NCBI GenBank assembly: GCA_965541585.1
Contig: CBEUCH010000007.1
Coordinates: 32,001 to 96,000 of the forward strand
Length of the DNA: 64,000 nucleotides
Direction: 5' to 3'
Source of the DNA: an uncultured bacterium
Lineage (GTDB): Bacteria > Zixibacteria > MSB-5A5 > UBA10806
The notes beneath the pieces are model-generated. The model was not told the origin of the DNA, searched no databases, and worked only from the letters and a program-made list of their open reading frames with translations. The stretch's first letter is position 1, and each line of letters opens with the position of its first letter. Shown here one piece after another: positions 1 through 8,402 of the stretch. Both the position numbers and the translations under genes were made by a program.

Positions 1-2
1 TG

Positions 3-224
3 CTCTGCTACGGCTTCGTTCAGCCTCTGGCCACCAATATGGAAAACGTGAACCTTGAAAATACACAGTGTTACCAGATAGTCAAGTATGCGCTCATCGG
101 ATTTCACAAGGGGATGGCTCCATCCATAGCAGTTGAGCTTGGCCGCAGATCGATCGCGTCGGATATCAGGCCGGGATTTATAGAGCTTGAAGAAGCCTGC
201 AGGCAAAGCCGGGAGAAAAAGTAA
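3..224 (+). CDS. motA: Flagellar stator protein MotA, C-terminal part (truncated by window edge)
   Basis: Frame open from the window start: LCYGFVQPLA...APSIAVELGRRSI...RPGFIELEE, directly upstream of motB. Confidence 0.9.
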   Translation, partial: LCYGFVQPLATNMENVNLENTQCYQIVKYALIGFHKGMAPSIAVELGRRSIASDIRPGFIELEEACRQSREKK

Positions 225-227
225 ACG

Positions 228-1100
228 ATGAGTGTCGAAGAGCAACAACCTATAATAATCGTCAAGAAAAAAGGCGGACATGGCGGCCACCATGGCGGAG
301 CCTGGAAGGTTGCCTATGCCGATTTTGTCACTGCCATGATGGCCTTTTTTCTTGTGATGTGGCTGGTAAGCCAGGACGAGGTCGTAAAGTACAATGTTGC
401 CGGATATTTCAATGATCCTGCCAGCTGGGGGAAGGAGGGGAAGAATTCTATCCTGGAAGGTGGAGCATCCATACTTCCCAGTTCACATGCGCCACTTCCC
501 CGGCAGCAAAGGGAAATAGAGGCCGCCAGGAAGACATTGGAGAAAACCGGCAATACCATAAGAGAGGCTCTACAGGGCATACCCGATTTCGAGTCGATCA
601 ATGAGCACCTGAAAATAGAGATGACTCCGGAAGGGTTGCGAATACAGTTGATAGAGGCCGCCAGCACCAGCGACGATTCCTCGTATTTCTTCGATCTGGG
701 AAGTCCCTATCTCTCTGAAAAAGGGGCGGCCATACTATCGGTTATCGCAGCCAACCTGGGAAAACTCGAACACCGGATCGTGATCGAAGGGCACACAGAC
801 AGCAGAAGATATACCTACAATCAGAAATATTCGAACTGGGAGTTGTCGGCCGATCGCGCCAACAGCTCCAGGAAACTCATGGAGGAGAAGGGGCTTTACG
901 AAGACCAGGTTTTTGAGATCCGCGGCTACGCGGCCAACAGGCCGATGATTAAGGAAAATCCTCTGGATGCCAGAAACAGGCGAATCGCAATACTTATGCT
1001 GGTCGATGATCCCTCGAAAGTAGATTTATCAGGAATCAAACCGATCTCAATGGAATTGCCATCCCCGGATGCTGCAAGCAGATCCGATTCTCGATATTGA
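228..1100 (+). CDS. motB: Flagellar stator protein MotB
   Basis: HGGAWKVAYADFVTAMMAFFLVMW plug/TM motif and OmpA-like domain (GHTD, NWELSADRA, NRRI). Confidence 0.95.
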   Translation: MSVEEQQPIIIVKKKGGHGGHHGGAWKVAYADFVTAMMAFFLVMWLVSQDEVVKYNVAGYFNDPASWGKEGKNSILEGGASILPSSHAPLPRQQREIEAARKTLEKTGNTIREALQGIPDFESINEHLKIEMTPEGLRIQLIEAASTSDDSSYFFDLGSPYLSEKGAAILSVIAANLGKLEHRIVIEGHTDSRRYTYNQKYSNWELSADRANSSRKLMEEKGLYEDQVFEIRGYAANRPMIKENPLDARNRRIAILMLVDDPSKVDLSGIKPISMELPSPDAASRSDSRY

Positions 1101-1218
1101 TTCTAAACTTCTAAATCTAACCATAACGATAATGTGTATACTGCAAACATCGGGATAAAAACGGTCCTCGAGCGCTGAGCAACACATAGATGTCCTCATT
1201 CGGCGAAATTCATAAGAA

Positions 1219-1262
1219 TTGACCACCGCTATTAGTTGATATACATTTCGTCATATGGCGAA
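1219..1262 (+). promoter_or_regulatory. Sigma70-type promoter of acr3 with overlapping palindromic operator (ArsR-like)
   Basis: TTGACC-17 nt-TACATT (1219-1247) followed by near-perfect palindrome TTCGTCAT/ATGGCGAA (1247-1262). Confidence 0.6.
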
Positions 1263-1289
1263 CAAAAGTGAATATCTAAAAGGATAGAA

Positions 1290-2342
1290 GTGATGGCATC
1301 ACCTGCACGTAGAAGGCTATCGTTTCTGGATCGGTATTTGACGTTATGGATTTTCCTGGCTATGGCGGTGGGCATTGGAGGGGGATACCTTCTTCCTGAA
1401 ACTCAGGAGTTTATTGGCGTTTTCCAGATAGGCACGACTAATATCCTGATCGCAATCGGTCTGATACTCATGATGTATCCGCCGCTGGCTAGTGTAAAAT
1501 ACGAAGAGCTGGGGAAGGTATTTCGCAACTGGCGGATACTGCTTCTGTCTCTTTTGCAGAACTGGGTGATCGGGCCGATATTGATGTTTTTCCTGGCCAT
1601 CATCTTTCTTGGAGGCCATCCCGATTATATGGCGGGGCTTATCCTGATCGGCCTGGCTCGCTGCATAGCCATGGTGATTGTCTGGAACCAGCTGGCCGAC
1701 GGCGATTCCGAGTATGCGGCCGGTCTGGTAGCGTTAAACAGCATATTCCAGGTGTTTTTCTACAGCATCTACGCCTGGGTGTTTATCACCATACTTCCCG
1801 GCTGGTTCGGGCTCGAGGGGGCCATAGTGGAGATCACTATCGGGCAGATAGCAAAAAGCGTATTCATATATCTGGGGATTCCCTTCCTGGCCGGCATGAT
1901 CACCCGGTTTTCGCTGATCCGTCTCATGGGGAAGGACTGGTATCAAACGAAATTCGTGCCGAAGATAAATCCCATTACGCTGGTGGCCCTGCTTTTCACG
2001 ATCGTGGTCATGTTCAGCTTGAAGGGTAATGTTATTATAAGCATTCCGTTCGACGTCATCCGGATCGCCATACCTCTTCTGATCTATTTTGTACTTATGT
2101 TTTTCATAAGCTTCTTCTTAAGCAAGAAGGCCGGCGCCGATTATCCGAAATCGGCATCGCTATCGTTCACCGCCGCCTCCAACAATTTCGAGCTGGCCAT
2201 AGCGGTGGCGGTGGCGGTCTTCGGTATCGACAGCGGACAGGCCTTCGCGGCCGTGATCGGCCCGCTGGTGGAGGTGCCGGTGTTGATAGGGCTGGTCAAC
2301 GTCTCCCTGCGGTTAAGAGCCAGGTATTTCCAGAACGGCTGA
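1290..2342 (+). CDS. acr3: ACR3-family arsenite efflux transporter
   Basis: [44 protein letters not shown] motifs. Confidence 0.95.
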   Translation: MMASPARRRLSFLDRYLTLWIFLAMAVGIGGGYLLPETQEFIGVFQIGTTNILIAIGLILMMYPPLASVKYEELGKVFRNWRILLLSLLQNWVIGPILMFFLAIIFLGGHPDYMAGLILIGLARCIAMVIVWNQLADGDSEYAAGLVALNSIFQVFFYSIYAWVFITILPGWFGLEGAIVEITIGQIAKSVFIYLGIPFLAGMITRFSLIRLMGKDWYQTKFVPKINPITLVALLFTIVVMFSLKGNVIISIPFDVIRIAIPLLIYFVLMFFISFFLSKKAGADYPKSASLSFTAASNNFELAIAVAVAVFGIDSGQAFAAVIGPLVEVPVLIGLVNVSLRLRARYFQNG

Positions 2343-2430
2343 TTTCAATCAAAATGATTCCAATAATGAATTTTTTTTCTGGTTATACTTTAGCAAGAAC
2401 CGGCGGGGATGAGGCGCCAGCATAAGCCTT

Positions 2431-2453
2431 GTCCGGTGCATGCGTTGATAGGC
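2431..2453 (-). repeat. Degenerate left half of an attC-like site
   Basis: Minus strand GCCTATC-AACGCATGCACCGGAC 3 nt after the stop codon at 2457; resembles R''+L'' (GCCTAAC...TGCACCGGAC); no right half seen. Confidence 0.4.
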
Positions 2454-2456
2454 ATT

Positions 2457-3218
2457 CTATGGCGTTGGGGGCAAAGGCCAGTTTTTCATGAAGGCTTCGA
2501 CAACAATATCATCGAGTTGTTCTTTAGTTATTCCATATTGCTTAGTAATCTCTTTATCGTACTTCTCTGTCAACGAATCGCGAACTTTCGCATAATTCTC
2601 TATATATGCCCTGGCCTTATCTTTCGAGTAGCTCCTTATAGGGGTCTGAGGATAGGAGAGTGGGTACATTTGCTCCGCTTCCTCATTGGCACGGTCTTCA
2701 GCCATAACGGATGCCCTGAATATCTCTTTACGTATGGATTCCGTAAGGCCGTGCTTGATTTCCGGCTTCGCGCCGAGTTGCGAGATCAGTTCCGTCCTTA
2801 CTTCCATGGCAAGCGGTTCCCCTTTTTCATTCAAATGACTTAAATCCACCTTACTCAACCTGGCAATCCACTGCCCCGCGCCTGATTCGAAGTGTTCCTG
2901 AGACGTGAAGAGAAAAATGAACACATGGGTTGGCTTGCCTCCATGATGCTTGAAGTTGCCCGCAGCGTTGCCTTCATCGTATAGCTTCATGAGAAGTCGC
3001 TTGAGGCCAGGTTCTGTGATCGTACCCGAGACAACCACACCGAGTTCTAAAAGAGTCTTGATTTTCGAATCGTGTGTATCACGATGGATTTCAACGTACG
3101 CAGGTATGGGAACATCGGGCTGTTCTGTTGACTTCTGCTCTGTTTTCTTATCCGAGTCACCGCATCCTGCCAGGATAAGGGCCAGAATTACGGCTATGTA
3201 TCTGAATTGTATTTTCAT
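2457..3218 (-). CDS. Hypothetical lipoprotein (cassette-like)
   Basis: ATG at 3218 after AAGGA; signal peptide MKIQFRYIAVILALILAG-C lipobox. Confidence 0.75.
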   Translation of the reverse strand: MKIQFRYIAVILALILAGCGDSDKKTEQKSTEQPDVPIPAYVEIHRDTHDSKIKTLLELGVVVSGTITEPGLKRLLMKLYDEGNAAGNFKHHGGKPTHVFIFLFTSQEHFESGAGQWIARLSKVDLSHLNEKGEPLAMEVRTELISQLGAKPEIKHGLTESIRKEIFRASVMAEDRANEEAEQMYPLSYPQTPIRSYSKDKARAYIENYAKVRDSLTEKYDKEITKQYGITKEQLDDIVVEAFMKNWPLPPTP

Positions 3219-3296
3219 TGGATATTCCTTTCTTGTCTCTGCATTAAGCGTTCTAATTCTTCTACTCTTCATTTATCGTCTAAACTTATCGGTAAG
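3160..3296. repeat. Direct repeat E, copy 1 (leader + RBS + lipoprotein signal peptide)
   Basis: Colinear match to 3823-3960. Confidence 0.9.
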
Positions 3297-3317
3297 GATG
3301 GAGCGCAGAGGCCTTTT

Positions 3318-3344
3318 AGTCGGTTGCATTTACGTTGTTAGCCC
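3318..3344 (-). repeat. Left half of an attC-like site
   Basis: Minus strand GGCTAAC-AACGTAAATGCAACCGAC downstream of the 3405 stop. Confidence 0.45.
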
Positions 3345-3404
3345 TTAATTTTTATGTGATAAAAAACGCCTTGAAAGATAGGTGGTTTCAGCCTGTCTGA
3401 ATTG

Positions 3405-3881
3405 TTACTCTTGCCAGTCCATCAGGATCATACAGATGGCTGCCATAGAAGCAACCTCTTGATTCGTATATATCCTACTATTAAGCAATGAATCAGGTTC
3501 GGCTTTCGTCGCCTCATCTAAGCAATCAACTAGTTCTTGAGCATATGGTTTCAGCGATTCCACAGACGTAATTGAGGATTGTATTTGTGGCTTAAATTTT
3601 TCGGCCATCCATATATTAGAAACGAAGTCGGCACAGGTAGCCAACTTATTTGCACTTGAAGCACCTTGCCAATCTATAGCTGATTTGTCGTGTAGCGAGC
3701 CACCTGAATACCACGCAGAATCGTCGCTTTCCCTGAGTTTGGATTCCGGAAGCTCTGGCTTGATTTCCGACTTTGCGTTAGGCTCTGTTTTCTTGTTTGA
3801 AGAATCTTGCTGTTGCGAGCCCCCGCATCCTGCCAGGATAAGGGCCAGAATTACGGCTGCGTATCTGAATTGTTTTTTCAT
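3405..3881 (-). CDS. Hypothetical lipoprotein (cassette-like)
   Basis: MKKQFRYAAVILALILAG-C lipobox; body contains WYSGGSLH...ANKLATCADF. Confidence 0.75.
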   Translation of the reverse strand: MKKQFRYAAVILALILAGCGGSQQQDSSNKKTEPNAKSEIKPELPESKLRESDDSAWYSGGSLHDKSAIDWQGASSANKLATCADFVSNIWMAEKFKPQIQSSITSVESLKPYAQELVDCLDEATKAEPDSLLNSRIYTNQEVASMAAICMILMDWQE

Positions 3882-3960
3882 TGGATATTTCTTTCTTGTC
3901 TCTGCGATAAGCATTTTAATTCTCCTACTCTTTAATTATTGTCTAAAATTATAGGTTAAG
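3823..3960. repeat. Direct repeat E, copy 2
   Basis: Colinear match to 3160-3296. Confidence 0.9.
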
Positions 3961-3983
3961 CGGCTCTATCCTGTATCAAATGG

Positions 3984-4190
3984 TTATCTTGTATGACATT
4001 CGGGACAGCACCAAAAACATCCATCAACATTTGAATAAATAGTTTTTGCCTTCTTGGCTGCATCTTTGCAATCTGAATGCATCCCCAAAGACGTTTTGCT
4101 CTTAATTAGCGGAAGATGACTGCAGCTCTTTTTGTGCACTTCATGCTCTCCGGTGTCCTGTGCTCTGTCATTTACGTAATAACGTTTCAT
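3984..4190 (-). CDS. Small Cys/His-rich hypothetical protein (probable metal binding)
   Basis: GAGGAG RBS; YYVN..AQ..GEHEVH...C and DGCFWCCPECH motifs. Confidence 0.8.
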   Translation of the reverse strand: MKRYYVNDRAQDTGEHEVHKKSCSHLPLIKSKTSLGMHSDCKDAAKKAKTIYSNVDGCFWCCPECHTR

Positions 4191-4231
4191 CTTTCACTCC
4201 TCTCGATTGTGTGTAGTTTTCAGGCAATTAC

Positions 4232-4300
4232 TCACAACATACCATAATATATCCATTTTATTTTCTACCTTATTATAATCTACCCAAGAGTCTATGTCAA
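4232..4300 (-). promoter_or_regulatory. Module C' : consensus sigma70 promoter leading to a GTT core-like site
   Basis: TTGACA(4300-4295)-17 nt-TATAAT(4277-4272); GTTGTGA at 4238-4232; similar to modules at 5027-5090 and 9141-9204. Confidence 0.8.
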
Positions 4301-4385
4301 CAGCATTAAGAACAGATTGCAGGCCATTCCGCAGGCTAGCATCTGGTTTTGAAATTTATTATATCTACCTAGGCAAGAGTTGTGA

Positions 4386-4445
4386 GCCTAACGGACTGCC
4401 TTGAGCCGCCGCGTTTACACGGTAGGCTCAAAGGCTTTGTTCGCC
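4386..4445 (-). repeat. attC site (60 bp)
   Basis: Minus strand GGCGAAC...TTGAGCCTACCG / CGGCGGCTCAA...GTTAGGC: inverse core, inverted repeat with extrahelical base, GTTRRRY core; 6 nt after the 4452 stop. Confidence 0.85.
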
Positions 4446-4451
4446 GTTCCA

Positions 4452-4913
4452 TTAGTGTGTGTCAAAGTCATTGTATTTCGCCCCGGAAACAACAGCGACA
4501 TAGATTTCGAGAAGTGCTTGTTTCAACGGGTCTGACTCACCAACGAACCGAACTTCCATTCTTCGGATTCGGTCCTTTGCTGATTCATACGCTTGCCGAA
4601 ACTCTGGTCGAGACAGAAGGTCCCTTCGAGATCCCTCTTTCTTGTACGTGGCCTTCTTGATGCCTGTTGTTTCTCGTGCAAGGCGCCATGCAAACGGACA
4701 ATCCTCGGCTGTGCTAACATGCCCCTTCAACCTCTCCTTTATCTTCCTCTTCGTTCTGCCCGCATAAAGATGAGTACCGTTCTCGCTGAAGAGGTACACT
4801 CCGCCAACGGGGCATTCATTCGGAGTTGTGTCGATGGTAACAGGAGACATGGCCATGAGGTCCTCATATCTTCTGTGTAATCCGTCGATCAGATCCTTAA
4901 ATTTCTGGTCCAT
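4452..4913 (-). CDS. GIY-YIG superfamily nuclease (gene cassette)
   Basis: GVYLF...LYAGRT...KERLKGH and C-terminal LLE motif. Confidence 0.75.
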   Translation of the reverse strand: MDQKFKDLIDGLHRRYEDLMAMSPVTIDTTPNECPVGGVYLFSENGTHLYAGRTKRKIKERLKGHVSTAEDCPFAWRLARETTGIKKATYKKEGSRRDLLSRPEFRQAYESAKDRIRRMEVRFVGESDPLKQALLEIYVAVVSGAKYNDFDTH

Positions 4914-4948
4914 TATCTCTTCCGGCGTACAATGTTTATGCGGATCCG

Positions 4949-5097
4949 CATGTCAGACCTCCTCCTCGGGAATGCGGCTTCAAAGACTGATGGCCACTAT
5001 TCCTGCTATATTTAACAACTGGTGACACCTAACACCGCATCACTTACCATATTTTCACAATAGTATAGCCTACCCAATAATTAATGTCAACAAGAAT
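4949..5097 (-). repeat. Module C copy 1: promoter, GTTAGGT core, strong RBS and ATG
   Basis: Colinear with 9063-9211; TTGACA(5090-5085)-17-TATACT(5067-5062); GTTAGGT at 5033-5027; GAGGAGG RBS. Confidence 0.85.
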
Positions 5098-5135
5098 CCG
5101 GGAAAACCGCAAAGATAAGCTTGCGATTTCCCCGG
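5098..5135. terminator. Hairpin, possible terminator
   Basis: Inverted repeat CCGGGAAAACCGCAA / TTGCGATTTCCCCGG. Confidence 0.4.
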
Positions 5136-5148
5136 AGCCCCCGTGCGG

Positions 5149-5276
5149 TTTTGTCCGGGTTGAAATGAATGTCAGGCATTCGTTTGTATTGGGTCGCGAA
5201 CCGACTCTACTTTGACTGTGGAACGAGATCGAGCTGTTTATTCAGACTTAATAGATCCGGAATAAGCCACTGCTCC
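5149..5276 (-). pseudogene. 3' fragment of a paralog of the SnoaL-like gene plus downstream sequence (repeat D)
   Basis: Colinear with 6169-6296; encodes EQWLIPDLLSLNKQLDLVPQSK* versus EQWLLPDLLSSNQQLGLISESK*. Confidence 0.85.
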
Positions 5277-5297
5277 GTCTGCAGCGCCGTGTTAGGC
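5274..5297 (-). repeat. Left half of an attC site fused to the SnoaL fragment
   Basis: Minus strand GCCTAAC-ACGGCGCTGCAGACGGA downstream of the 5346 stop. Confidence 0.6.
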
Positions 5298-5345
5298 AGA
5301 TAGCTTCACTCTTTAAGTTTAATGTCAAGACACGACCGTTCTTAA

Positions 5346-5852
5346 CTACTTATTATAAAATTCATTTAGAGCGTTCGAAATCAAGGCCCCCAGCCTTTTG
5401 CTCTCTTTCTCTAAGGTATCCTTTTTTGGTCCTTTGGGTGCCTTATAATGTTTATCGTTTACTATTTTGAGACGTTTCTCAAGATTTGGTTTAATGAATT
5501 TATGAAAAACGTTCTCCTTTTCTCCAGTGGTCTTGGCATCATTGATTTTCTTAATCGTATCTTGGATTCCCTCTTTCTCCTTCTTTAAACTCTCGATTTT
5601 GACAAGGAAGTGTGCGAGTAATTCTGCGATTCTCTCCGGGGGATTACCCATGTCTTTTAGTTTTTGTTCGAGGTCATTTTTCTTCTTTGTCGAGTCAATC
5701 TGCGCCTTATCCAACGCATTCGATTCTGCCTTCAACATTTTCAGTTTCTCAACCTTGGCCTTCTCGTATGCGCTTAATGTTTCAGGTTCCTCGCATCCAA
5801 TCACGACAGATGCAAGTACCACTGCTGATATAAGAACCACCATCTTTTTCAT
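5346..5852 (-). CDS. Hypothetical coiled-coil lipoprotein
   Basis: GGGAGG RBS before ATG 5852; MKKMVVLISAVVLASVVIG-C lipobox; Lys/Glu-rich body. Confidence 0.75.
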   Translation of the reverse strand: MKKMVVLISAVVLASVVIGCEEPETLSAYEKAKVEKLKMLKAESNALDKAQIDSTKKKNDLEQKLKDMGNPPERIAELLAHFLVKIESLKKEKEGIQDTIKKINDAKTTGEKENVFHKFIKPNLEKRLKIVNDKHYKAPKGPKKDTLEKESKRLGALISNALNEFYNK

Positions 5853-5950
5853 TGTCAACCTCCCGGTATGATATTCGCCTTAGATGTTAGTTTTTTAAGA
5901 TATCCATAGCTTCTCCCTTTTTTACTTCACCTCCTCTTTAACAGATTATA

Positions 5951-6162
5951 GGCTGACTATGAATATATGGACCCCGTATAAGAACCCTACCAACGCTGAT
6001 TCTGTAGTATAAAACATTCGTAACCGTTCACAAATATTCTTAAGGTATCAGGCAATGAACACAACATCAAATGCCCGTCTCTTAAATTTGCAATACAGCT
6101 TATAACACATTCATGGTTGCAATGCAAGTGGAAAACACTTTTTTTTCAAGCGGAGGCCCGCG
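5951..6162 (-). repeat. Module B copy 1: promoter plus attI-like end (GTCAGCC)
   Basis: Colinear with 11859-12071; TTGCAT(6127-6122)-17-TATAAG(6104-6099); similarity ends at the core-like heptamer 5957-5951. Confidence 0.85.
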
Positions 6163-6226
6163 CTTGCTTTTTGTCCGGGTTGAAATAAATGTCAGGTATT
6201 CGTATGTAGTAGTTTGCGAATCCGCT

Positions 6227-6736
6227 CTACTTTGACTCTGAAATAAGACCGAGCTGTTGATTTGAACTTAATAGATCCGGAAGGAGCCACTGTTCCACAA
6301 TCTTACCCTCAACAATTCGATAGATCGTCATCTCATTTACATGAATCTGCTTCCCGGTGGGTGGGTTACCAAGGAAGCTGCCTTCATTTGTTCCGGTGGA
6401 TATAAAATGAATCGCAACAAAATCTCCTTCGGCAACTATCAGCTTAATTTCTTCCGCCCAGTCCGGAAAAGCCTTGCGGTGGCTACGTACGTGATTTCGT
6501 AATTCTTCAAGACTTGTCGTTTTGGAACCATCAGGTAGGAAATGCCAGACGACATCAGCTGAGAACAGTTCGTCCATTATCTCGTGATTACCCTTGTTCC
6601 AAACTTCTTCGGTCATACGGCGAACGAGTTCCTTGTTACGCTCCTCCAATGTGGCCTCCCGGGTCGATTCGCACCCTGTGATGATTAGGGATGCTGCGAA
6701 TAACATTCCCACCAACATTTGAATTCTTTTTACCAT
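6227..6736 (-). CDS. SnoaL-like ester cyclase / NTF2-fold lipoprotein
   Basis: Lipobox IITG-C; NKELVRR...AFPD...AEGDFV...GTNEGSFLGNPPTGKQI...GKIVEQW. Confidence 0.85.
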   Translation of the reverse strand: MVKRIQMLVGMLFAASLIITGCESTREATLEERNKELVRRMTEEVWNKGNHEIMDELFSADVVWHFLPDGSKTTSLEELRNHVRSHRKAFPDWAEEIKLIVAEGDFVAIHFISTGTNEGSFLGNPPTGKQIHVNEMTIYRIVEGKIVEQWLLPDLLSSNQQLGLISESK

Positions 6737-6752
6737 TGCTTCCTCCTGATCT

Positions 6753-6816
6753 GCCTGACGACCAAGCTGAGCGGCGCGGCTTGTCCGCGTCGGCTGCGAA
6801 TTGTTTCTTGTGATTG
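6753..6816 (-). repeat. Degenerate attC site
   Basis: Minus strand GCAGCCGACGCGG-ACAAG-CCGCGCCGCTCAGCTTGGTC-GTCAGGC; core GTT mutated to GTC. Confidence 0.65.
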
Positions 6817-6829
6817 CTCATTTGACCGT

Positions 6830-7693
6830 CTATGCAGCAATGATCCAACCACGCTTTTCCGACCGATTCCGGATAACACAATTGAAACCACTGGATTCCA
6901 GGTGGGAAATCAGATCAGCTTCTGTATTGTCGCTCCATAAATCACAATGATACAGGACTAAAATGGTGCCGATGCGCTGGAGAACATATTTCGGGGTGCT
7001 CAGCAAAATAGGGAATTCAGCTCCTTCGCAATTCAGTTTCATGAAATGACATTCGTTAATCTGATTTCTTTCCAAGAAAGCGGACAAGGTGCAAGATTTT
7101 ACGGTTTCACTGGACCTGGAACGTATTCTAACAGTAGAGTGCCCCCAGTTGCCGGTATCGGAATGGTAAAGTGTGCACGTACCTTCTTTGTCTGCTATGG
7201 CTAAATGATGAACTGTAATGTTGGCACATTGATTTAAAGCGACATTAATTCGTAAGAGGTTGAAGGAATCTTCACTGGCTTCAATCGCATGCACCCTGCC
7301 ACGTCCTACTTTAGACGATGATAGAAGGGAGAATGTGCCGATGTCAGCCCCGATATCGATGATCACGTGGCCCTCGTCGGGTCGGTACTCCGGAACTCCT
7401 GAGAAAAAAATGTCATTATCAAAACTGCACCCAATAACTGCTTCATCTGCAGTATCCTTTCGATACGCGATTTCAAATCCGCCAAATGAACCAATAGTTA
7501 TCATCGACGGCCCATCAAGAGCTCGTCCTGCAAATGTTCGGAGTATCATTTGATAAAACGGTCGGATAATGGTTTTTAGCTTTTCCGGAAGAAAGCGTGC
7601 AATTCTCTTCTTTACGTTTATCACGTTTTGTCTCACATCAGTGGTGCCGTCTTTATCGGACGGATCGGCATAGAATCTCCTTGATAACCTCAC
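6830..7693 (-). CDS. FkbM-family SAM-dependent methyltransferase (start uncertain)
   Basis: IIDIGADIGTFS, VHAIEA, FMKLNCEGAE motifs. Confidence 0.85.
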   Translation of the reverse strand: MRLSRRFYADPSDKDGTTDVRQNVINVKKRIARFLPEKLKTIIRPFYQMILRTFAGRALDGPSMITIGSFGGFEIAYRKDTADEAVIGCSFDNDIFFSGVPEYRPDEGHVIIDIGADIGTFSLLSSSKVGRGRVHAIEASEDSFNLLRINVALNQCANITVHHLAIADKEGTCTLYHSDTGNWGHSTVRIRSRSSETVKSCTLSAFLERNQINECHFMKLNCEGAEFPILLSTPKYVLQRIGTILVLYHCDLWSDNTEADLISHLESSGFNCVIRNRSEKRGWIIAA

Positions 7694-7697
7694 GACC

Positions 7698-7763
7698 CGT
7701 CAACGGGGCTACGAGGCAGCCGCGCCCGCTTTTTTGGCGTCAGCTCAATTTGTCTTGTTAGCA
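7698..7763 (-). repeat. attC site overlapping the 3' end of the upstream gene
   Basis: Minus strand TGCTAAC...GAGCTGACGCC / GGCGCGGCTG...GTTGACG. Confidence 0.65.
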
Positions 7764-8281
7764 TTCTTCAAATGGAGGAGCCAATAAGTCACAATTAACG
7801 GTATTAAACCTAAGACAATGCAAGTGAAAACCAGAATACAACGTTGGTTACTAAGGAAAATGAGAACTATCCAAGCGATAACGAACACAAATGCTATAAA
7901 GCTGGGTAGGACAGATGACGAACGGGCTGGCCAATGAGGTTTCATGCCAAATGACACTACTGGTTTGTCTTTGTTCAGGTCTTCAGCCAGTGTATTGGAC
8001 AAAGACGTCCACAGATAGTGCATCCTGCCTGCTGCACATGTACCTATAAAAGACGAAAGTGCAATAAGAAAGCCTGCGCAAGTAACAATTGCTCTCAACC
8101 ACAGCAAGTCATCGACTCTTGAGTCATGGTACTGTTCAATAATAAACGCTAATGCCGCAAACAAAACTCCCTGTGGTACAAAAAGCCAGTTCAGGCGTGA
8201 ATGCATCCAGTCTTTTTCTTTGTTGGCTGCATCTGCATATCGTTCCCAACGCTTAATCGGATCAGTTAGATCATCGCACAT
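7745..8281 (-). CDS. Hypothetical multi-pass membrane protein (gene cassette)
   Basis: About 4 hydrophobic segments; RLNWLFVPQGVLFAA motif; bounded by attC sites. Confidence 0.7.
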   Translation of the reverse strand: MCDDLTDPIKRWERYADAANKEKDWMHSRLNWLFVPQGVLFAALAFIIEQYHDSRVDDLLWLRAIVTCAGFLIALSSFIGTCAAGRMHYLWTSLSNTLAEDLNKDKPVVSFGMKPHWPARSSSVLPSFIAFVFVIAWIVLIFLSNQRCILVFTCIVLGLIPLIVTYWLLHLKNANKTN

Positions 8282-8320
8282 TTTGCTTTTCTCCAATTTA
8301 CTTTTATGCACTCCTCAGCC

Positions 8321-8378
8321 AGCTAACGATGCCCTTAAGCGGCGGCGGAATGCCGTTTGCTGGAGTGACTTGTTATGC
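8321..8378 (-). repeat. attC site (58 bp)
   Basis: Minus strand GCATAAC-AAGTCACTCCAGCAAACGGC-ATTCC-GCCGCCGCTTAAGGGCATC-GTTAGCT. Confidence 0.8.
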
Positions 8379-8402
8379 AGCGTGCCCTGGATGCAACATC
8401 GA

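Noticed and set aside
5887..5940. Six-codon ORF (MDILKN) behind strong RBS-like sequences
   Set aside because: Too short to support; probably debris from a deleted cassette.
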